Assembly: GCA_965200245.1 (NCBI GenBank) | Contig: CBDATS010000005.1 | Span: forward strand, 416,001 to 480,000 | Direction: 5' to 3' | Source: a bacterium | GTDB taxonomy: Bacteria > UBA8248 | Length of the DNA: 64,000 nt | In this document: piece after piece, positions 58,684 through 64,000 of the stretch | How positions within the stretch are numbered: position 1 is the stretch's first letter | Layout: every line of letters starts with the position of its first letter | Notes under the pieces: generated by a model | Told to the model about the DNA's origin: nothing | The model's database searches: none | The model's input: only the letters and a program-made list of their open reading frames with translations | Made by a program: the position numbers and the translations under genes

Positions 58684-60333
58684 TTGCCTGAAATCGAGTA
58701 TCTTTGGGATATTGTCATCGTACTCGGGTCGGCGGTCGTGGTTGCCACGATACTTCGTCGCGCAGGAGTTCCGTCGATAGCCGGGTTGATCCTTGCGGGT
58801 ACCCTGTCCGGACCCACTGCATTGGGTCTCGTGGACAATACTCATCAAGTCGAGGTGTTGGCCGAGATCGGCGTCGTCCTTCTCCTCTTCGGAATCGGCC
58901 TGGAACTCTCTCTCGAACACCTCCGACGTCTGTGGAAAGTCATCCTGTTGGGCGGAACCATTCAGGTAACGGCCACGGTCGCATGCGCCGCAGCCGTGGC
59001 CTCCTGGTTCGGGCTGGAAACGGGTCCTGCGGTATTTCTCGGCTGTGTCATAGCCATATCGAGCACCGCCGTTATTTTGCGTGGCCTATCCAAGCGGGGT
59101 GAACTGGATGCGCCACACGGCCGTCTGGCGGTCGGCATTCTCGTCTTTCAGGACTTGTGCGTGGTTCCAATGCTTCTGGCAGTACCCATTCTGGCTGGAC
59201 AAGAGAACTCTGCACGGGAAATCGTAATCGCGACCACCACCAGTCTTGCGATCCTTGGGGGCGTGTTGATCGCAGCCGGCTACATCGTCCCATATCTACT
59301 CACATTCGTGGCCAAGACGAAAGAGAGAGATATCTTCGTTCTGTCGGTCTTTCTCGGATGTTTCGGGATCGCATGGGGTCTGTCGCAGGCGGGAATCTCG
59401 CTGGCACTCGGGGGATTCCTCGCAGGCCTGATCTTCGCTGGGAGCGAGTTTCGTCACCAGGCGATGTCGGATCTGATTCCCGTGCGAGAAGTATTCGCCA
59501 GCGTATTTTTTGTTTCTGTGGGTATGTTGCTGGATATTTCGGATGTGTTCGCTCACCTGACGTCGACTCTCGGGCTTCTCGGACTCATCCTCATCGGTAA
59601 ATTCTCAATTATACTCGTAATGGGGTTGATTCTACGATTGTCATTTCGCGTGGCTATTCTGTCGGCGGCCGCTTTGTGTCAGATCGGCGAGTTCTCTTTC
59701 GTACTCCTGAACGCAGCCTCGGGAACAGGTCTCCTGGAAGCCACGCTATCCCACAATCTCTTGACGGCGATCATCCTGTCCATGCTGCTTACTCCGATGG
59801 TTATCTCATTTGGCCCGTACCTGGCTCTCGGCGCGAGCCGTGTCCCTTGGTTAAACCGGATGCTGGATGCAGAACCTCCCGGAATTGGCACTCACGAACC
59901 ACACAGCGATCATGTTATTGTCGCCGGATATGGCCGATCAGGTCGAGAGGTTTGCCGAGCCGCTCGGGCCGCAGGGTTCTCCTGTATCGCGGTTGACGTA
60001 AACGTCGACAATGTCCGTGAAGCAAAAGCGACGGGAGACTTGGCCGTCTTCGGAGATATCACCCGGAAGGAAGTGCTGGAAGAACTTGGTTGCAGGAATG
60101 CCCGTCTGGTAATGGTGTCCATCAATGACAACCGGGCCGCCGAGCTTGCAATCCGCATGATTCGTCGAACGGCTCCCGACGCTCCCATCATCGCACGTGC
60201 CCTGTATGACATAGACGAAGACGCGCTGCGGGCTGCCGGCGCTACCAAGGTCGTCACAGCGGAAGCCACGACCAGCGCCGTGCTCGTCGGCACATGTCTC
60301 GCAGAACTGGGTTCGACAAGATTGGAAGCCTAG
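58684..60333 (+). CDS. CPA2/Kef-type cation:proton antiporter with TrkA-N (RCK) domain
   Basis: AEIGVVLLLFGIGLE, ISSTAV, LVFQDL, QIGEFSFV, VAGYGRSG, FGD. Confidence 0.9.
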   Translation: MPEIEYLWDIVIVLGSAVVVATILRRAGVPSIAGLILAGTLSGPTALGLVDNTHQVEVLAEIGVVLLLFGIGLELSLEHLRRLWKVILLGGTIQVTATVACAAAVASWFGLETGPAVFLGCVIAISSTAVILRGLSKRGELDAPHGRLAVGILVFQDLCVVPMLLAVPILAGQENSAREIVIATTTSLAILGGVLIAAGYIVPYLLTFVAKTKERDIFVLSVFLGCFGIAWGLSQAGISLALGGFLAGLIFAGSEFRHQAMSDLIPVREVFASVFFVSVGMLLDISDVFAHLTSTLGLLGLILIGKFSIILVMGLILRLSFRVAILSAAALCQIGEFSFVLLNAASGTGLLEATLSHNLLTAIILSMLLTPMVISFGPYLALGASRVPWLNRMLDAEPPGIGTHEPHSDHVIVAGYGRSGREVCRAARAAGFSCIAVDVNVDNVREAKATGDLAVFGDITRKEVLEELGCRNARLVMVSINDNRAAELAIRMIRRTAPDAPIIARALYDIDEDALRAAGATKVVTAEATTSAVLVGTCLAELGSTRLEA

Positions 60334-60672
60334 TTCTGGAAACCATGTAGGGTCGAAGCGGGAAAAGGTTCCGTCACTATTCCATTGCAGCTTCCGCTCA
60401 GTTCGTACTCGCTGCGGCTAGCAATGAGGCAGGACCGAAGCGCCAGTCCTCGATCTAGGGATCGGTCACTTTTTTCTTCCAATCAGTTTCCATTCCGAGA
60501 GCGCGGAAAAATGCCGCAGGTCCGCTTTCGCGGAGGAACAGGACAGTGGCGGCGAAACCGACCGCGTACGTGAAATAGAGATCGGTGCCGCATTTTGATA
60601 ATCCAAGGGTATGAAAAGGCAATCCAACTCCAGGCAAGAAACCAAAAATACAGGCGACACCTTGAGACTGAC

Positions 60673-61419
60673 TCATCCCCCCATGACGATGCCACCGTTT
60701 ACATCCAGGCAGACGCCAGTGATGTACTCTGCCTCGTCCGATGCCAGGAAAAGCGCGGCATTTGCCACATCCGAGGGTCTGCCGACACGGCCGAGCGGTA
60801 TCTGTTTCACGATCCCATCGTGGCGGGCGGGGAGCCATCCATCGGTCAGGGGCGTGGCCGTGGGGCCGGGCGCGATGGCGTTCACCGTGACGCCGTAAGG
60901 TCCGAGCGTCCTGGCAAGCGAGCGCGTGAGGCCAATGACGCCGGCTTTCGCCGAGGTGTAGGGGGATGCCGCCCGCAAAACCGCCCGAGCGCCACGCGGA
61001 TGATGAGAGGTTGATGCGACCATAGCGCCTTTCCATCATGGGCTCCGAGACGACGCGGGCGCAGAGGTATTCACCTTTCAGGTTCACGTCGATCACGGCG
61101 TCCCAGTCGTCTTCCGTGTATTCGAGATAACCCTTCTTGGGAGATATACCCGCGTTGTTGACGAGGATGTCGATTTTGCCGAACGCCTTAAGGCAGGATT
61201 CGGCCATCTCCTGAACGGCGGCGGAATCGGAAACGTCGGCCTCAAACGCCAAAACGCCGGGCACACGTACAGATAGCCCCTCCAGGAGGCCCTGGACGGC
61301 GCGGGCTTTTGGTCGCAGACGAGCAATGATGCACCTTCCGCCGCGAAACGCCTGGCCGTGGCCTCACCCAGGCCGCTTCCCGCTCCCGTGATGATGGCTG
61401 CCTTGTCCCTGAGCCGCAT
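60673..61419 (-). pseudogene. SDR (FabG-like) oxidoreductase with two frameshifts
   Basis: Three frames hold ITGAGSGLG, ILVNNAGI and YTSAKAG..IPLGRVGRP. One shift is at the G5 run 60961-60965. Confidence 0.82.
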
Positions 61420-61432
61420 GTGGTTCGCCTGA

Positions 61433-62209
61433 TCAGAATTGAACGAAGCCGCCATCCACGTTGATGGCCTGGCCGGTGATGCCGCCCGAGTCCTCACACG
61501 CCAGCAGAAGGGCAAGCGGAGCACACTCCTCCGGGTCGATAAAACGCTTCATCGGCACCCTGTTCCTGAGTTCCTCTTCCTGTTCCTCGAAGCTCTTGCC
61601 CGTCTCGTCAGCCCATTTCTGGATGCTCTCCTCAAACATGCCGGTCGAGACGAAGGTAGGGCAGATGCAGTTCGCCGTGATGCCGTACGGGGCGACTTCA
61701 GCCGAAAGCGCTTTGGTGAGGCCAAGGACGGCGTGTTTCGAGGCCGCGTAGGCACTTCTGTAAGCCAGACCGATTTTCCCCGAAACAGACGCCACGTTGA
61801 TGATCTTTCCCGATTTTCGCTCAAGCATTGAGGGTAGAACCTCGCGTATCGCCGTGAATGGAGCTTTGGCGTTGATTTGCATGGTGCGCTCCCAAACTTC
61901 GTCGGGAAGTTCGTGAACGGCTTCAAAGCTCACGATACCGGCGTTGTTCACGAGAATGTCGATGGGGCCGAGCACATCGACCGTCTTGCGCAGCGAATCG
62001 AGAATATCCTCATCCCTCATGACGTCGCAGGCGCACACGAGCGCCTTTCGCCCCATCGCCTCGATTTCCTTGGCGAGCGCCTCGAGTTTATCGACAGAGC
62101 GGGCAGCAAGGGCAATGTTCGCTCCCTCGCTCGCGTAGGTGCGCGCAATGGCGCCGCCAATGCCGCCGGATGCGCCCGTGATGAATGCGACTTTACCTTC
62201 GAGTTTCAT
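61433..62209 (-). CDS. SDR oxidoreductase (3-hydroxybutyrate dehydrogenase-like)
   Basis: TGASGGIG, LVNNAG, AYAASKHAVLGLT, ITGQAINVDGG. Confidence 0.9.
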   Translation of the reverse strand: MKLEGKVAFITGASGGIGGAIARTYASEGANIALAARSVDKLEALAKEIEAMGRKALVCACDVMRDEDILDSLRKTVDVLGPIDILVNNAGIVSFEAVHELPDEVWERTMQINAKAPFTAIREVLPSMLERKSGKIINVASVSGKIGLAYRSAYAASKHAVLGLTKALSAEVAPYGITANCICPTFVSTGMFEESIQKWADETGKSFEEQEEELRNRVPMKRFIDPEECAPLALLLACEDSGGITGQAINVDGGFVQF

Positions 62210-62275
62210 GCTTTCTCCTTATCCGTGATCAATTCCAAAGCTTCGCGCGCAGCCTTCGTGAAAAAGCGTTATCGC

Positions 62276-63538
62276 TCAGCAGACCTCGCGTACGATGGCC
62301 TCGAATTCCTCGTTCCCCAGTTGACGCTTTCGCCAGCGAATCTCGGCGCGAACCCGCTCAACAACGTCTTTTTCCTTCTCCTGCGGGAGGTCGAGGTCAA
62401 GTTCCCTCGCCTTGGCACGGACTGCCCAGTTGCCCGAATAATGGCCCAGCAGATTGTGCATGCCGTTACCGAACATCCCGGGCTTCATGCACGAATACGC
62501 CCAGAAGCCCTCCTCCGTGTCGGGCACGCAATAATGCACTTCCACCAGGTGGGAGAATGCCGTTTTCCCGACGAAGGGCATGGTGTCCGTCATGGGCCAC
62601 TTCATGATGTCGGAGACGAGTTTCGAGAGTTCATACATCTTCTCGAGCCTGATCCCGCAGTCGATGCCGTAGTAGATCTGGATTACAGCAGCGACCTCCG
62701 CCAAGGGAGCTATGTGGGCGCGCTCGCCCAGCCCGTTCACGCAGGCGTCGATCAAGTCCGCTCCGCCCTCAAGTCCGGCGTACAGTGCAGCACACGCCAG
62801 ACCAATGTCGTTGTGGGTGTGCAGACCGATTTCAGTACCGGGCAGCAGTCGCTTCATTTCGCGGACGACATAGGTGTACACCGGCGTGATCGCCATGCCA
62901 TTTATGTCGTCGAGCTTTATCATGTCAGCACCTGCATCCACGAGTTTGCTACACACCTCGGCAAGCCGCTCTATCGGAATGCGCGTGCAGTCCTGGATCA
63001 GGCAGCCCACTTTCCTTTCGGGTCCCGATTTTTCCCGGGCGTAGGCCACCGAACCGCAGGCGCGCTCAATGGCTTGCTCGATAGTGATGTTCGGGTCTCC
63101 CGCCATCGATTCGAACAAACACATCTGGTTCGGAGAGAAGGAAAAACAAAGGGTCGTATAGTCCGCGCCATGCTCCACGTTCAGATCGACTTCCACCTTG
63201 GCAAGCTCGGGGTTGAGCACCGCGGTGGGATGCACGAGAGCCTCCACGATGAGGTCAGGATGACGCCGTTTCACCTCCTCCATTTCCCTGGGATCGTCGT
63301 GGTGCATCTGCACCATGCTCACGCCGGCATCGACGAGCGCATCGGCGATGCGTATGACCTCATCGCGCCTCAACGATACGCCCGGAAGCTGCCTGCCTTC
63401 CCTCAGGGTGATGTCGCAAAGCTGGAATTTTTCCGGCAGCGTCATCTTTGATCGGATTTCTTCCGAGAAACAATGCTGTGAAATCCGCCAGTTCTCAGTG
63501 GTGGGTTCCAGATTGCTGTTCACGGGATAGCCTGGCAT
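62276..63538 (-). CDS. LeuA/homocitrate synthase family DRE-TIM metallolyase, no regulatory domain
   Basis: DITLREGRQ.PGV, HTHNDIGLA, NGLGERA, PFVGKTAFSH, LGHYSG. Start at 63538 behind AAGGAGG. Confidence 0.85.
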   Translation of the reverse strand: MPGYPVNSNLEPTTENWRISQHCFSEEIRSKMTLPEKFQLCDITLREGRQLPGVSLRRDEVIRIADALVDAGVSMVQMHHDDPREMEEVKRRHPDLIVEALVHPTAVLNPELAKVEVDLNVEHGADYTTLCFSFSPNQMCLFESMAGDPNITIEQAIERACGSVAYAREKSGPERKVGCLIQDCTRIPIERLAEVCSKLVDAGADMIKLDDINGMAITPVYTYVVREMKRLLPGTEIGLHTHNDIGLACAALYAGLEGGADLIDACVNGLGERAHIAPLAEVAAVIQIYYGIDCGIRLEKMYELSKLVSDIMKWPMTDTMPFVGKTAFSHLVEVHYCVPDTEEGFWAYSCMKPGMFGNGMHNLLGHYSGNWAVRAKARELDLDLPQEKEKDVVERVRAEIRWRKRQLGNEEFEAIVREVC

Positions 63539-63768
63539 TACAACCTCCTTTGATGGAACAAAGTTACTTCCGCAACGAAGTGAAAATGCAAAACAAGTCC
63601 AGATACGCATCGTTTCATCGCTTGGCAGAAATCTTTCTCATCCCCAAGCCATTCATTCGCAACGTGCCCGGAGTGTAACGTCTAATGAAATTGAACGGCC
63701 AAATCTTCCCTCTAGGTGAATGCTGGTCAGATTTTCAACTCGCCTTGAAGTGGAGAGGAAAATCCTTG

Positions 63769-63859
63769 AAGTGGTATACAAACTGGCATGCAGTTCGCCG
63801 AGTTTCCAGATTCTATAAATAACTACAATGCTTTAGAATCAAATGAAAGTGGTATACAA
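63769..63859. promoter_or_regulatory. two identical 13-bp boxes AAGTGGTATACAA (putative GntR/FadR-type operators)
   Basis: Exact copies at 63769-63781 and 63847-63859 in an AT-rich intergenic region; the core TGGTATACAA is near-palindromic. Confidence 0.55.
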
Positions 63860-64000
63860 CAAGAAACTCTTTGTTCTCCGCCACACGCAAGTTCGCCTTA
63901 TGTTAAACTAACATTCGGCACATCATCGGCACCGCCTTGCTTCTCCCGGTGGTTCGGATGAAAACGATGTTTACCCCGTAACCGGCGAGAGGCAGAAGAC

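Noticed and set aside
60455-60676. 73-aa hydrophobic minus-strand ORF overlapping the SDR pseudogene stop (ATGA)
   Set aside because: It may be a remnant of a membrane gene, but it has no recognisable motif, so it is not supported as a feature.
1317-63451. Long antisense ORFs in the track (e.g. 1317-2573, 13150-14604, 21168-22637, 31423-32688, 61877-63451)
   Set aside because: These are shadow frames of real genes, expected with high GC3 codon usage, and carry no protein motifs.
1-64000. CRISPR arrays, tRNA/rRNA genes, prophage or integrase
   Set aside because: No regularly spaced repeats, cloverleaf structures, rRNA-like tracts or phage/integrase motifs were seen by eye.

Overview
A 64-kb chromosomal segment from a GC-rich, probably diderm bacterium. 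It mixes housekeeping genes with a large accessory load and many decaying genes. Housekeeping genes: holB (partial), tmk, hrcA-dnaJ-prmA-rsmE, purD, glgA-glgC, dtd, nadK, acs, thiS-thiG-thiE under a TPP riboswitch with an attenuator, bioA and pyrE. The most notable locus (24458-34173, minus strand) is a self-contained 11-gene type II fatty-acid/polyketide operon: a FabL-like reductase, a 187-aa AcpXL-like carrier protein, two intact ketosynthases, two ketosynthase homologues lacking the catalytic Cys (one Cys->Ala, one Cys->Ser), two short FabZ-like dehydratases, FabG, a dedicated AcpS and a terminal LpxL-family acyltransferase. It looks like an expanded analogue of the rhizobial acpXL-lpxXL very-long-chain fatty acid cluster. 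Other notable items: an orphan NHLP (proteusin-type) RiPP precursor with the 11-aa core IDRWGSRDYGP, lying among toxin-antitoxin relics; a recN and a rhodanese gene that each lost their catalytic core by internal deletion; an HpaD-like dioxygenase with substituted second-sphere histidines; and a LeuA-family enzyme with an altered DRE motif. More than ten pseudogenes or remnants suggest relaxed selection, although some single-base lesions could be sequencing errors. No rRNA, tRNA or CRISPR array was recognised. All family assignments come from motifs recognised by eye; no database search was run.
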